In this document: piece after piece, positions 15,910 to 25,002 of the stretch
How positions within the stretch are numbered: position 1 is the first letter of the stretch
Layout of the letters: every line of letters starts with the position of its first letter
Source of the DNA: Acaryochloris thomasi RCC1774
Lineage (GTDB): Bacteria > Cyanobacteriota > Cyanobacteriia > Thermosynechococcales > Thermosynechococcaceae
DNA: 32,000 nt
Direction of reading: 5' to 3'
Assembly (NCBI RefSeq): GCF_003231495.1
Contig: NZ_PQWO01000021.1
Span: 30,420 to 62,419 of the forward strand
The notes under the pieces: model-generated
What the model saw: the letters and a program-made list of their open reading frames with translations, nothing else
Databases searched by the model: none
What the model was told of the DNA's origin: nothing
Made by a program: the position numbers and the translations under genes

Positions 15910-18522
15910 CTAGAAAGGACAGGCGTTCGCGTCAAGGCAGTGATCGCCTGCTAAAGCCGCTTTAGCCTGCACATACTCCTCAAGCTTAATGTGGACCGGA
16001 TCGACGTGCCAAATGTCTTGGCAGTACTCGCGGATCGCCCGGTCAGAGGAGAATTTCCCAATCCGAGCGACATTGAGAATCGCGGTGCGGGTCCAGGTCT
16101 CCTGATCTTGAAACGCCTGTCCCACGGAGTCTTGGCAGTCAATATAGGACTGGTAATCAGCAAGAACTAGGTACGGATCGTGGTGCAAAAGCCCTTCAAC
16201 TAAGGGTTGAAACAAGCTGCCATCTCCGTGAGAGAAGTATCCTGAGCTGATCAAGTCAAGTGCCTCTCGCAGAGCAGCGTTTGAATCGTAATATGCTCGG
16301 GGGTTGTAGCTGCTTGCCTTGAGATCGGCTACCTCCTGGGCCGTTAGCCCAAACAGATAGAAATTCTCAGCGCCGACGGCTTCCCGGATTTCGATATTGG
16401 CTCCATCTAGGGTGCCGATGGTCAAGGCTCCGTTCATTGAGAATTTCATGTTGCCGGTGCCAGAGGCTTCTTTACCGGCGGTAGAAATTTGCTCGGATAG
16501 ATCCGCCGCCGGGTAAATTCGCTGACTGTTGGTGACATTGAAGTCGGGCATGAAGACGATTTTGATGCGATCGCAAACATCAGGATCTTGATTCACCGCA
16601 TCCCCCACCGCAGTAATCAGCTTAATGATCAGCTTCGCCATCCGATATCCCGGTGCAGCCTTGCCGCCAAAGATAAAGGTCCGAGGCGTCATCTCAATCT
16701 CAGGGTTGTGCTTGATTCGGTTGTATAGCGTGACGATGTGCAGCACATTCAAATGCTGCCGCTTGTATTCATGAAAGCGCTTGGCTTGGACATCATAAAT
16801 TGAGTCTGGGTTGATGGTTAGCCCTTGGGTCGTCTGGATGTAGTCAGCTAGATCTTGTTTTACGGCCCGCTTCACCTGCCGCCATTCATGACAGAAACTC
16901 GGATCATTCGCCAGGGGGGCAAGCTGTCTCAAATCATCAAGCTGCTTGATCCAACTTTCGCCAATGTTGCGAGAGATGAGTTGGGTGAGTCTAGGGTTAA
17001 TCAAAACCATCCAGCGGCGAGGGGTGACGCCATTGGTCTTATTGCTGAATTTCTCGGGCCACAGCTCATAGAAATCGCGCAGCACCCCAGTTTTGAGCAG
17101 TTCCGTATGCAAGGCTGCGACCCCATTAATGGCATGACTGCCCACACAGGCGAGGTGCGCCATCCGAATCCGTTTCCCGCGACGTTCATCCAATAGAGAG
17201 AGCTGAGCCAGCTTGTCAGTGTTTCCTAAATACTTGAGCCGCACCTGATCAAGAAAGCGCTGATTGATTTCGTAGATGATTTCTAGATGGCGAGGGAGAA
17301 GACGACCGAATAGCTCTAGAGACCAAGTCTCCAGAGCTTCTGGAAGTAGGGTGTGATTGGTGAATGCAAACGCCTCTTGAGTGATGTCCCAGGCAATTTC
17401 CCAATTGATCAGATACTCGTCTACCAACAATCGCATCAGTTCAGCAATGCCAATCGCCGGGTGAGTGTCATTGAGTTGAATGGCAAATTTATCAGCAAAG
17501 GTCTCTAACGGATCTTCTCTGAGCAGATGAATTTTGAGCAGGTTTTGCAAGGAACAGGAGACGAAAAAGTACTGCTGCTCTAACCGAAGTTGCTTTCCCT
17601 GAATCGGCTCATCGTTGGGATAGAGTACCTTTGTCAGGTTTTCAGAGGTAATTTTGGTATCCACTGCCCCATAGTAGTCACCGAGGTTAAAGGCTTGAAA
17701 ATCAAAGGATTCCGGTGCCTCTGCTTTCCACAGTCTGAGAGTATTGGTGGTGTTGACGCGATAGCCTGAGATGGGTGTGTCGTAGGGGACACCCTTAACC
17801 ACCTGATGGGGAACCCAGCGAACCCGATAGTGTCCTTGGTCATCGGTGTAAGACTCAGTATAGCCACCAAATTTCACATCTACCGCATTTTCAGGACGCG
17901 GAATTTCCCAGGGATTGCCGAGTCGTAGCCATTTGTCGGTGATTTCCACCTGCCAACCATCGCGGATTTCTTGATCAAATATGCCGTACTCGTAACGAAT
18001 GCCGTAGCCAATGGCCGGGATTTCTAGGGTGGCGAGGGAATCCATGTAGCAGGCGGCTAAGCGCCCGAGGCCACCATTGCCTAAGCCGGGTTCTTCTTCT
18101 TCTGCGAGGAGTGCATTGAGGTCTAGACCGGATGCTCTGACGGCCTGTTCAACCTGCGGATAGATGCCGAGGTTCACGAGGTTATTTCCCAGATGGGGAC
18201 CAGGGAGATATTCGGCAGACAGATAGCAGACGACTTTTACGTCTTGCTCTCGGTAGGTTTTGACGGTGTTGATCCAGCGGTGGAGAATGCGATCGCGCAC
18301 GGTATACGCCAAGGCCATGTAGTAGTCATACTGGGTGGCAATCTCAGGAAATTTGCCCTGAATGTAGTAGAGGTTATCTGCGATCGCACGTCGCAGGGTC
18401 TCAATACTAAAGCCGGTGCGGTCATCTTCGATCTGGGGGCCAGTCTGAACGTCCATCGAGTCAGACTGGCCCGAGGTCTCTTCTTCAAGGTCTGAGGCCG
18501 GATTCCAGGGATGTCTAAACAT
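15910..18522 (-). CDS. glgP: Glycogen/alpha-glucan phosphorylase
   Basis: 870 aa with the PLP-site region EASGTGNMKFSMNGALTIGTLDGANIEI and conserved GLGNGGLGRLAAC. The exact start (18522 or the internal Met MDVQT) is uncertain. Confidence 0.93.
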   Translation of the reverse strand: MFRHPWNPASDLEEETSGQSDSMDVQTGPQIEDDRTGFSIETLRRAIADNLYYIQGKFPEIATQYDYYMALAYTVRDRILHRWINTVKTYREQDVKVVCYLSAEYLPGPHLGNNLVNLGIYPQVEQAVRASGLDLNALLAEEEEPGLGNGGLGRLAACYMDSLATLEIPAIGYGIRYEYGIFDQEIRDGWQVEITDKWLRLGNPWEIPRPENAVDVKFGGYTESYTDDQGHYRVRWVPHQVVKGVPYDTPISGYRVNTTNTLRLWKAEAPESFDFQAFNLGDYYGAVDTKITSENLTKVLYPNDEPIQGKQLRLEQQYFFVSCSLQNLLKIHLLREDPLETFADKFAIQLNDTHPAIGIAELMRLLVDEYLINWEIAWDITQEAFAFTNHTLLPEALETWSLELFGRLLPRHLEIIYEINQRFLDQVRLKYLGNTDKLAQLSLLDERRGKRIRMAHLACVGSHAINGVAALHTELLKTGVLRDFYELWPEKFSNKTNGVTPRRWMVLINPRLTQLISRNIGESWIKQLDDLRQLAPLANDPSFCHEWRQVKRAVKQDLADYIQTTQGLTINPDSIYDVQAKRFHEYKRQHLNVLHIVTLYNRIKHNPEIEMTPRTFIFGGKAAPGYRMAKLIIKLITAVGDAVNQDPDVCDRIKIVFMPDFNVTNSQRIYPAADLSEQISTAGKEASGTGNMKFSMNGALTIGTLDGANIEIREAVGAENFYLFGLTAQEVADLKASSYNPRAYYDSNAALREALDLISSGYFSHGDGSLFQPLVEGLLHHDPYLVLADYQSYIDCQDSVGQAFQDQETWTRTAILNVARIGKFSSDRAIREYCQDIWHVDPVHIKLEEYVQAKAALAGDHCLDANACPF

Positions 18523-18546
18523 AAGGCAACAACCGTATTGAATACA

Positions 18547-19053
18547 TTATTTCTGTGAAACGGCATCTGGCTGACTGACCTTCAGCGTGTATTTGAAAGC
18601 CGCACCTTGATCAATACCTCCGACCCAGACTTTGTAGGTTCCACGCTTCAGATCGTGCAGTTCTAGTTGGGCCGCCCTCCCCGATGGAGAATCATCGGCA
18701 CAGTAGAGCTTTTGATGGGGGCCAATAACGGCAAGAGTTGTATCTGGGTACTTGCTTCTGACCTGAAGGGTCAGATTCGGGAGCCGTTGTTCGAGCTTGA
18801 TGATGTGATCTGCATCGTAGGAACCATAGCCCATGCACATATTGCGATCGCCATCTCGGGAACCCACGATGTGGTGTAGGGAGATAGCCCCCCGGTTATA
18901 CCCTCTAAGAACATGGCTAGTTGGCTCAGCGTTGCGGGCCAGCGTTAGATCTTTGTAGCGACGAATATCAGCATTCGCAGTCCCGGTCATCATCACGGCC
19001 AGGAAGACCAGTGCCCCGAGTAGCTTCACTCGCTTGGTAGAACGAACAAACAT
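18547..19053 (-). CDS. Secreted hypothetical protein (signal peptide; tentatively a PPC-like beta-sandwich domain)
   Basis: N-terminus KRVKLLGALVFLAVMMTGTANA looks like a Sec signal. The C-terminal pattern GTYKVWVGG...YTLKV resembles pre-peptidase C-terminal-type domains, a tentative call made from memory. Its stop is only 24 nt before the glgP start. Confidence 0.65.
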   Translation of the reverse strand: MFVRSTKRVKLLGALVFLAVMMTGTANADIRRYKDLTLARNAEPTSHVLRGYNRGAISLHHIVGSRDGDRNMCMGYGSYDADHIIKLEQRLPNLTLQVRSKYPDTTLAVIGPHQKLYCADDSPSGRAAQLELHDLKRGTYKVWVGGIDQGAAFKYTLKVSQPDAVSQK

Positions 19054-19204
19054 GCTGCGCTCCTCCCTTGATTAGGCTGCTGTATTACAGCAACGGATGT
19101 GAGTTCCCAGACTGACTCCAGACAGTTTAGATCTGGCATCGTTTATCTACGCCATTCCATTTGCGCTTTGGCTGCAGACAAAGCCACAGGGATTCTACAC
19201 CTTG

Positions 19205-19237
19205 ATCTTAGAAAAGTTTGTTGAGGAACTTATGAGC
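19205..19237 (-). promoter_or_regulatory. Box E: GCTCATAAGTTCCTCA, 11-nt spacer, then TAAGAT
   Basis: Reverse complement of 19222-19237 is GCTCATAAGTTCCTCA. Reverse complement of 19205-19210 is TAAGAT. It lies 152 nt upstream of ATG 19053. Confidence 0.5.
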
Positions 19238-19296
19238 CTTGGGGTATTTCTACAAGCCCTGCTGCTTCCCTTTCTGGTCGAACAGAAAGGAGCAGC

Positions 19297-19845
19297 TTAA
19301 AAGTCAGAGCCTGTGTTGTGTTGCTGAACCCATTCCCGCATCTCTGCGGCTAAATCTGGCTCACCTTGTTGCTCAAATAGATCGGCTGCTTTCTGAACGT
19401 CAGCGATGGCTCCCGCTGAATCTCCTGCCTCTAGGCGAAGGGTTGCTCGATCTGCATAGGCTTCTGCCATCGTGGGCTGCAGTTGAATGACGTGATTAAA
19501 ATCCCTCAGCGCTTGCTGTGAGTGCCCAACAGCGTAATGGGCAACGGCACGATTGAAGAAAATATCAGGATTGCGGGGAGACAGCCGTAGTGCTTGGCTG
19601 TAATCCTCAATTGCATCCAGATAGTTGCCCTGTAGAGCCTTTTGAATTCCGGCACTGTGGAGGATAACAGACTGATCTTCTCGATTGATCGCCTCTGGCT
19701 GACCTAGGGCGATTTCGACTGCGTTAGTACGATCTTGAGACTTTGCAAGGCTAGGCTTTGTCCAGTCAAGATTATGGGTCGCGATCGCAACGCCGATCGC
19801 AGCCACGACGCCCAAGACCCTATAAATGCGTGATAAAACAGCCAT
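19297..19845 (-). CDS. TPR-repeat protein with N-terminal signal/anchor
   Basis: N-terminus has the hydrophobic stretch VLGVVAAIGVAIA. It is followed by tandem 34-aa TPR-like units (YLDAIEDYSQALRLSPRNPDIFFNRAVAHYAVGHSQQALRDFNHVIQLQP...). Confidence 0.8.
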   Translation of the reverse strand: MAVLSRIYRVLGVVAAIGVAIATHNLDWTKPSLAKSQDRTNAVEIALGQPEAINREDQSVILHSAGIQKALQGNYLDAIEDYSQALRLSPRNPDIFFNRAVAHYAVGHSQQALRDFNHVIQLQPTMAEAYADRATLRLEAGDSAGAIADVQKAADLFEQQGEPDLAAEMREWVQQHNTGSDF

Positions 19846-20168
19846 CGCTTCCTCCTAAGCGCGGGAACCACGCATAAGTGTAGAAATAGGTTTCTATATT
19901 GATATAAGCAGTGAAACTTGGCGTTTCTGTGAAGCCTGATTCAAGGACGACACCTAACTTATATTTCGCCAAATTCTCTTGGGCAGGAACAGTCAAACAA
20001 CTCACTTTCATTGATGGGATGAATGCAAGTCATTGAGATCAAAAAGCAAGCTGTTCCAGATTAAAAACGCTAAAATAGAAGTATAGCAAAGGAATAAAGA
20101 GTTTATCTCTTGTTTTCAGAGCTATTAGTCCAAAACATTTTATTAAATCAAAAATGGAGGGGTTTAAA

Positions 20169-20789
20169 ATGAAAACCCGTCGTTTGTCTTGGATGAAGTA
20201 TTCTCTCGCTTGTGTCGGTATTGTGGGTGCTTCGTTGATTGCTCAAGCGGCACTGGCTTCTGAGCCGGTTCCTAGTGCTGAGTCCCTAAGTCAGCAAGCT
20301 CAATCTCTGCAGCTTCAAGAAGATGGAGTCGTGAGTCAGGCTCCTTTGGAAGAAGCTCAGCCCTTCCAAGCCACACGCTCTGGACCTAGCTATATCGGCA
20401 TTGGCGGTAACTTTGGTGGCTTTGGAGGCACCTCTGTCGGGGAAGATGGTCTGATTATCTACAGCAAGATTGGCCTGACTGAGTTCTTCTCAGTTCGTCC
20501 CGCCGTCGTCACTGACTTTGAAGATGATGCAACTTTCTTGTTGCCTGCAACCTTTGACTTTGCGCCCATTAAAGCAGGCAAGATCGGTCAGTCTCAAGTC
20601 CTGTTTGCTCCTTACCTCGGAGGAGGCATGGCAGTCACTACCGATGGAGACTTTGGCCCCATGGTCACTGGTGGTGTCGATCTTCCACTCAACCGGAACC
20701 TCACTGCCACAACTGGCGTTCATGCCGGGTTCATTGATGATACAGACTTTGGCGTCTTTCTCGGCATTGGCTACAACCTCAATCGTTAG
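20169..20789 (+). CDS. Secreted small beta-barrel-like (outer-membrane-type) protein, hypothetical
   Basis: GGAGGGG at 20156-20162 lies 6 nt before ATG 20169. The signal peptide ends AALA/SEP. The C-terminal half is Gly-rich with alternating hydrophobic residues. Confidence 0.65.
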   Translation: MKTRRLSWMKYSLACVGIVGASLIAQAALASEPVPSAESLSQQAQSLQLQEDGVVSQAPLEEAQPFQATRSGPSYIGIGGNFGGFGGTSVGEDGLIIYSKIGLTEFFSVRPAVVTDFEDDATFLLPATFDFAPIKAGKIGQSQVLFAPYLGGGMAVTTDGDFGPMVTGGVDLPLNRNLTATTGVHAGFIDDTDFGVFLGIGYNLNR

Positions 20790-20834
20790 TGTTTAGAGAA
20801 AAAGGAGGATAAACGTTTAATTTGTTCTCTAAAG

Positions 20835-20874
20835 AGCCGTGGTAATTGCAAGCGTAGTTACCACGGCTTTTATT
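20835..20874 (+). terminator. Rho-independent terminator
   Basis: A perfect 11-bp stem, AGCCGTGGTAA (20835-20845) paired with TTACCACGGCT (20858-20868), has a 12-nt loop and is followed by TTTATT. It lies 46 nt after the stop at 20789. Confidence 0.75.
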
Positions 20875-21014
20875 AAAGAGACTTCGACTTGTTTTATTGC
20901 TTCAAGGTGTCCTTACAGCAGGCCCGTTACCTGCTACGAATGGTGCGGGAGATTGAGAGCTGATAGTAACCAATTCCCTAAAAATACTTAGCTTTTCTAT
21001 AACTCTACAAGATT

Positions 21015-21461
21015 TTAAGGTAAACCTCCGAGGCGAATTCCAGCTCCCAGAACAACAAACAGCACGGCCAGTGTGGTCACCCCAGCAATATGATAGGCCA
21101 ATGAATTCAGGGTCTCTTTAGTGAGATTGGGAATAATAAAGAAGCGGGCATGAATTGCTAATGCTAAAGTGCCGAGCAACAGGCCCAGCTTGACGGCAAT
21201 ATAGGTCGATAAATAAGATTCAAAGGCGAAAAAAGTCTGAATACTAGGAAAATAAATCCTGGTCAGCCACAGCCCCGTGATTACTTGAAGCAGCAGGGCA
21301 GATAGCCCAAACCCTTCGAATTTTTCTTCAAAGGCATGAATTTGTTCAGGATCACGTTTTCTCAGGGCGCTGGGCAGCACCGTGACAGCAAGGACGAGGT
21401 GCCCCCCTGTCCAAACTGTGGCCCCCAGCGTGTGCAGAATGACAAGCAGTTTAAACAGCAT
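21015..21461 (-). CDS. Integral membrane protein (about 4 TM, CopD-like/DUF-type)
   Basis: 148 aa, almost entirely hydrophobic helices (LLVILHTLGATVWTGGHLVLAV...). The family label is from memory only. Confidence 0.7.
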   Translation of the reverse strand: MLFKLLVILHTLGATVWTGGHLVLAVTVLPSALRKRDPEQIHAFEEKFEGFGLSALLLQVITGLWLTRIYFPSIQTFFAFESYLSTYIAVKLGLLLGTLALAIHARFFIIPNLTKETLNSLAYHIAGVTTLAVLFVVLGAGIRLGGLP

Positions 21462-21786
21462 CGGTATTAAGGTAATGATGAATCATCGCTAAACCTCTAA
21501 ATATCAATATCAAGTGCGGAGACTAAGATCGAGAACGTTCAGCGAGCTTCCTCTGGCATCAATTTTGTTGGCTGTGCTTGGGTCGGTTGCTGCCAAATGA
21601 CTATAATGGCTTTGCCTACGAACAGCACCATGACGAGGGTAAAGCAGTTCCTCATCGGCCATGAGATCTCTTCCCCGTACTTCGTCCATAATTGTCTGTA
21701 AACTCCACACTCCACTTAAAACCAGATGTCAAGGTTCATCTGGCCTGCTATCGTCAGCATCGCGGGTCATTGCTGACTCTGCCAAA

Positions 21787-21819
21787 ACCTTAAGTTAGGA
21801 ACCTGAGGAAGTTGTGAGG
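21787..21819 (-). promoter_or_regulatory. Box B: CCTCACAACTTCCTCA, 11-nt spacer, then TAAGGT
   Basis: Reverse complement of 21804-21819 matches the consensus exactly. Reverse complement of 21787-21792 is TAAGGT. It lies 60 nt after the stop of ORF 21879-22220 and 326 nt before ATG 21461. Confidence 0.6.
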
Positions 21820-21878
21820 GTTGAGTTCTTCCTCTTTTTGAGTTTCAGAGCAGCCTAGCACGGCCAACTCCAGCAGAT

Positions 21879-22220
21879 CTATCGAGGCTCTAAGACTTCA
21901 CCCTCAGGTTCTGAAACATCGACCTTGATGCCCGACTTTTGATAAAGTAGCTCCGATTGCGTTTTCAGGGCAGACAATCGTTTGTAGAGTCGATGCAGAT
22001 CAGCTTTCTGGAGCGTCACACTCCCTAAGGGTGGCTCCAGGCTATCTAGCTCCAGTTGGGTCAATCCACTGGTTTGAGCAAGAATCTTCACGTCTTGACC
22101 GACGCTAATACTATTCTTGAGCAGAGTTGAGATCGCAGATATATCTAGCTTGGCCTCAGAGACATCGACATCTACCCCAAACGAAATCACTATATTTAGA
22201 ACTCGCCTGACCCATAACAA
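21879..22220 (-). CDS. Hypothetical protein (113 aa, TTG start only)
   Basis: The frame is open from 22280, but the only start-like codon is TTG 22220 and the protein has no internal Met. It sits 38 nt downstream of the MreB-like gene. There is no homology signal. Confidence 0.3.
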   Translation of the reverse strand: MLWVRRVLNIVISFGVDVDVSEAKLDISAISTLLKNSISVGQDVKILAQTSGLTQLELDSLEPPLGSVTLQKADLHRLYKRLSALKTQSELLYQKSGIKVDVSEPEGEVLEPR

Positions 22221-22258
22221 GCTCTCAGAGCCGCCGTTCAGAAACTGACTGAAGACCG

Positions 22259-23362
22259 CTATTGAGCCACCAAAATTTTGCTATGGGGAACGGGGGTTTC
22301 CAGCGTGTAGCCTGCACCCATTGCGACTCCGTTAAGGGGGTCTGAAGCCATCTGCACAAACAGGTTGACTTCATGGCTAATGAGCTGATCGAGGCCAGTG
22401 AGCAAAGCCCCACCGCCGGTCAAGATGACGCCGCGATCTGCGATGTCTGAAATTAGCTCTGGTGGCGTTAGCTCTAAAATTCGCTTTACGGTATCTACAA
22501 TGCTGTGTAAGGGTTTAGATATGGCCTCTCTGAGATCGCCCCGGCAAATAGTTACGCTTCTACATAGCCCTGAAACGGGGTCGAGACCCGAAATATTGCT
22601 CTCTTGATTGTCCTGCTGAGGGTTGGCAAACGCAGAGCCATACTTAATCTTGATGTTTTCAGCCATGAGTTCTCCGATCAGGAGGTGATGGCGTGACTTC
22701 AAGAAGTATTGAATGGCTTGGTCAATTGCTTCTCCAGCTTCCCAACTCGTGACATTGATGACCGTTCCCATCTGACCGACGATGGCGACTTCTGTTGTCC
22801 CACCCCCGACATCGACAATTAAATTGCCTGTTGGATGATCGATGGGCAATCCGGCTCCAATCGCCGCTGCAATAGACTTATCAATCAGTGAAACTTTGCG
22901 GGCGCCGGCTTCTGACATGACTTCCGTCAAGGCCAAACGCTCAATGCTAGTGACGCCGTGAGCACAAGCTGCTGCCACCTGAGGGCGAAAAACAGGATGC
23001 CCTCCTTGCGCTTGTCTCATAAAGCGTTGAAGCATCTGTTCTGTCAACTCAAACTCTGTGACAACCCCGTTACGGATGGGGCGAATCACCGCGATCTCTT
23101 CGGGGTTGCGGCCAATGAGTTCTTTGGCGGCGGTCCCAAAGGCAATGGGTTTTAAGGTCTCTTTGTTGATCGCCACTACCGATGGCTCTTGGAGAACCAC
23201 GCCCTGCTCGGGGCTATAAATTGAGGTCTTGGAGGTACCCAGATCGATGCCGAGGCGATTCGATAGGCGACCAAGACGGCGTACTGAATTCCAGAGGCGT
23301 TGGTAGTCTAGATGGGGGGTTGGGACGTGCCATCTGGCAGGATGAGAAGTACTAATAGTCAT
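22259..23362 (-). CDS. MreB/Mbl-family actin-like ATPase (divergent, not followed by mreCD)
   Basis: The actin-fold motifs are all present: phosphate-1 GIDLGTSKT, EPSVVAI, RPIRNGVV, phosphate-2 VDVGGGTTEVAIV, LIGELMAENIKIKYGSA and adenosine GVILTGGGALLTGLD. There is a ~36-aa N-terminal extension containing a basic amphipathic stretch, LWNSVRRLGRL. Confidence 0.85.
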   Translation of the reverse strand: MTISTSHPARWHVPTPHLDYQRLWNSVRRLGRLSNRLGIDLGTSKTSIYSPEQGVVLQEPSVVAINKETLKPIAFGTAAKELIGRNPEEIAVIRPIRNGVVTEFELTEQMLQRFMRQAQGGHPVFRPQVAAACAHGVTSIERLALTEVMSEAGARKVSLIDKSIAAAIGAGLPIDHPTGNLIVDVGGGTTEVAIVGQMGTVINVTSWEAGEAIDQAIQYFLKSRHHLLIGELMAENIKIKYGSAFANPQQDNQESNISGLDPVSGLCRSVTICRGDLREAISKPLHSIVDTVKRILELTPPELISDIADRGVILTGGGALLTGLDQLISHEVNLFVQMASDPLNGVAMGAGYTLETPVPHSKILVAQ

Positions 23363-23487
23363 GGCTAGTAGGGGGTAAAGGCTGAGAAGGCTCGACCATA
23401 TTGAGAAAAGTTTTGATTGATGCGGTTTTAGTTTGGGTTAGCAGGGGATGGATTTGTATCTGTCTCCTGCTGGCCGTTCGTAATTTT

Positions 23488-23988
23488 CTATTGAGCCTGA
23501 GGCTGGCTAGGGGGGGCTGGCGGTTCTGCCGCTGGGCTACTAAGAGATTGTGTTGTCGTCTCGACTAACTTAAGTTTTTGCTCAATCTCAGTCAACTGCT
23601 TTTGAGTGGCCTGCAGCTCACCCACTAAATCTTGTGAAACTTTTTGGTCCAGGGTTTGTAGTTTTTGGTCAAGCACCTCTACTTGACTTTTCAATGCTGG
23701 ATCAAAGCTGAGCTGCGCCGTATTTTCGAGCTTTTGTACCCGAAACACGAGCCAGCCTGAAACAGCAGCTAGCACGATTACAAGAGTCCCGAGTGCCCCC
23801 AGCAGCTCTAGAGGTTGGCCTCGGTTACTGGCAATCTCTGCGCTCAAGCGATTGACTTCAGAATCGACCCTTCGCTGGAGTGCTTCCATGTCTTGCGACG
23901 AGGCTGGAGGATCAGGTCTACTGTCTTCGCTCGGCTTGCCAAGATCAGGATTTGAGGAGGGGGGATAAGTTGCATGTGTCATAACCAT
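23488..23988 (-). CDS. Bitopic coiled-coil membrane protein, hypothetical
   Basis: A Pro/Ser-rich N-terminus is followed by one TM helix (LLGALGTLVIVLAAVSGWLVF). Next comes a heptad-like Q/L/K-rich segment (VEVLDQKLQTLDQKV...QKQLTEIEQKLKLVE) and a Pro-rich tail. The start may be ATG 23982, which has better spacing to GAGGG. Confidence 0.6.
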   Translation of the reverse strand: MVMTHATYPPSSNPDLGKPSEDSRPDPPASSQDMEALQRRVDSEVNRLSAEIASNRGQPLELLGALGTLVIVLAAVSGWLVFRVQKLENTAQLSFDPALKSQVEVLDQKLQTLDQKVSQDLVGELQATQKQLTEIEQKLKLVETTTQSLSSPAAEPPAPPSQPQAQ

Positions 23989-24028
23989 TACCCTCAGAAA
24001 TTGATACGTAGCGTTCTCTATATGTCTG

Positions 24029-24061
24029 AGGCTAGCGAAAACTATTGAGGAAGTTGTGATG
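24029..24061 (-). promoter_or_regulatory. Box C: CATCACAACTTCCTCA, 11-nt spacer, then TAGCCT
   Basis: Reverse complement of 24046-24061 is CATCACAACTTCCTCA. Reverse complement of 24029-24034 is TAGCCT. It lies 41 nt upstream of ATG 23988 and 36 nt after the stop of the glycosyltransferase gene. Confidence 0.6.
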
Positions 24062-24096
24062 CTGCTGTTGCTAGAACGATGAAGGTGGGGTTGTGA

Positions 24097-24903
24097 TTAA
24101 GAGCCAATATTTCTGATGGCATCGGAGTTCTTCATTTCGATCCACTTACATCTGATGAGCTGTTGAATCGCCAGCCAGATAAACGGGGGAATGGTTGATG
24201 CATAGCGTCGCCAAAGCCTCCTGGGTTCCTGGCACAGTCGATAGGCCCATTCCAGACCCGAGGTGCGGACCCACTGGGGTGCGTGTTTGTGAATCCCTGC
24301 GTATACCGGAAAGACACCCCCAAGGCCAATCATGGTCGCGTTGATTTTGCCGCGATGCTGAGCAATCCACTGTTCTTGTTTGGGGCAGCCCAGAGAGACG
24401 AACAGCAGCCCCGCCTGAGTCTGATTGATCTGATTGGTTAGGTCTCGATCTTCTCTGGCAGTGAGCGATCGAAAGGGGAGTGGTTCCATCCCGGCGATCT
24501 GCAAAGCAGGGTATTCATTCTCTAGACGGCAGCGCATCTTAGCTAAAATTTGGGTCTGAGACCCCACACAGAAGATACTCACGTTTTGGCTCTGAGCTTC
24601 TTGACAGAGACCTGTAAAAAGATCCATCCCGGCGACTCGTTCTTGACCGTAAGCACCCAATAACCGCAGCATCCACACCAGCGGCATCCCGTCTGGCGTC
24701 ACTAAGTCAGCCGAACGCAAAATTTGCCTGAAGGTATTATTCCAGTGGGCTTCCATCAGCATATGGACGTTGGCAACGCAGACAGAGCGACTCATATTCT
24801 GCTTAGCCCAGCGAATGATCTGCTGGACGTGCTGATTGAGAGACAGCGCATGAATATCAATGTCAGTAACCGGAATGCGATGAGATGCTCTAAATGGAGT
24901 CAT
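24097..24903 (-). CDS. WecB/TagA/CpsF-family glycosyltransferase
   Basis: 268 aa with the family-typical VTPDGMPLVW and GLGCPKQEQW motifs. Confidence 0.85.
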   Translation of the reverse strand: MTPFRASHRIPVTDIDIHALSLNQHVQQIIRWAKQNMSRSVCVANVHMLMEAHWNNTFRQILRSADLVTPDGMPLVWMLRLLGAYGQERVAGMDLFTGLCQEAQSQNVSIFCVGSQTQILAKMRCRLENEYPALQIAGMEPLPFRSLTAREDRDLTNQINQTQAGLLFVSLGCPKQEQWIAQHRGKINATMIGLGGVFPVYAGIHKHAPQWVRTSGLEWAYRLCQEPRRLWRRYASTIPPFIWLAIQQLIRCKWIEMKNSDAIRNIGS

Positions 24904-25002
24904 AGTTTTTAGAGGAATTGTGGTTCAGAACCCCTTACATGCAGGAAGAGAGATGCTGTTGCAAGCATGGGTTGACTTGCAGAGACTCTAAGGCTAGAGG
25001 GC

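Noticed and set aside
21510-21710. 66-aa minus-strand ORF between box B and the CopD-like gene
   Set aside because: It has a GTG start with poor SD spacing, no homology and composition not clearly coding. It more probably lies within a long 5' leader. It is not excluded as a small protein.
21804-21819. The TCACA within the box as a CRP/SYCRP half-site (prompted by the cNMP-binding gene at 247-618)
   Set aside because: No partner TGTGA lies 6 nt upstream at any site checked, and the cNMP protein in the window has no DNA-binding domain.
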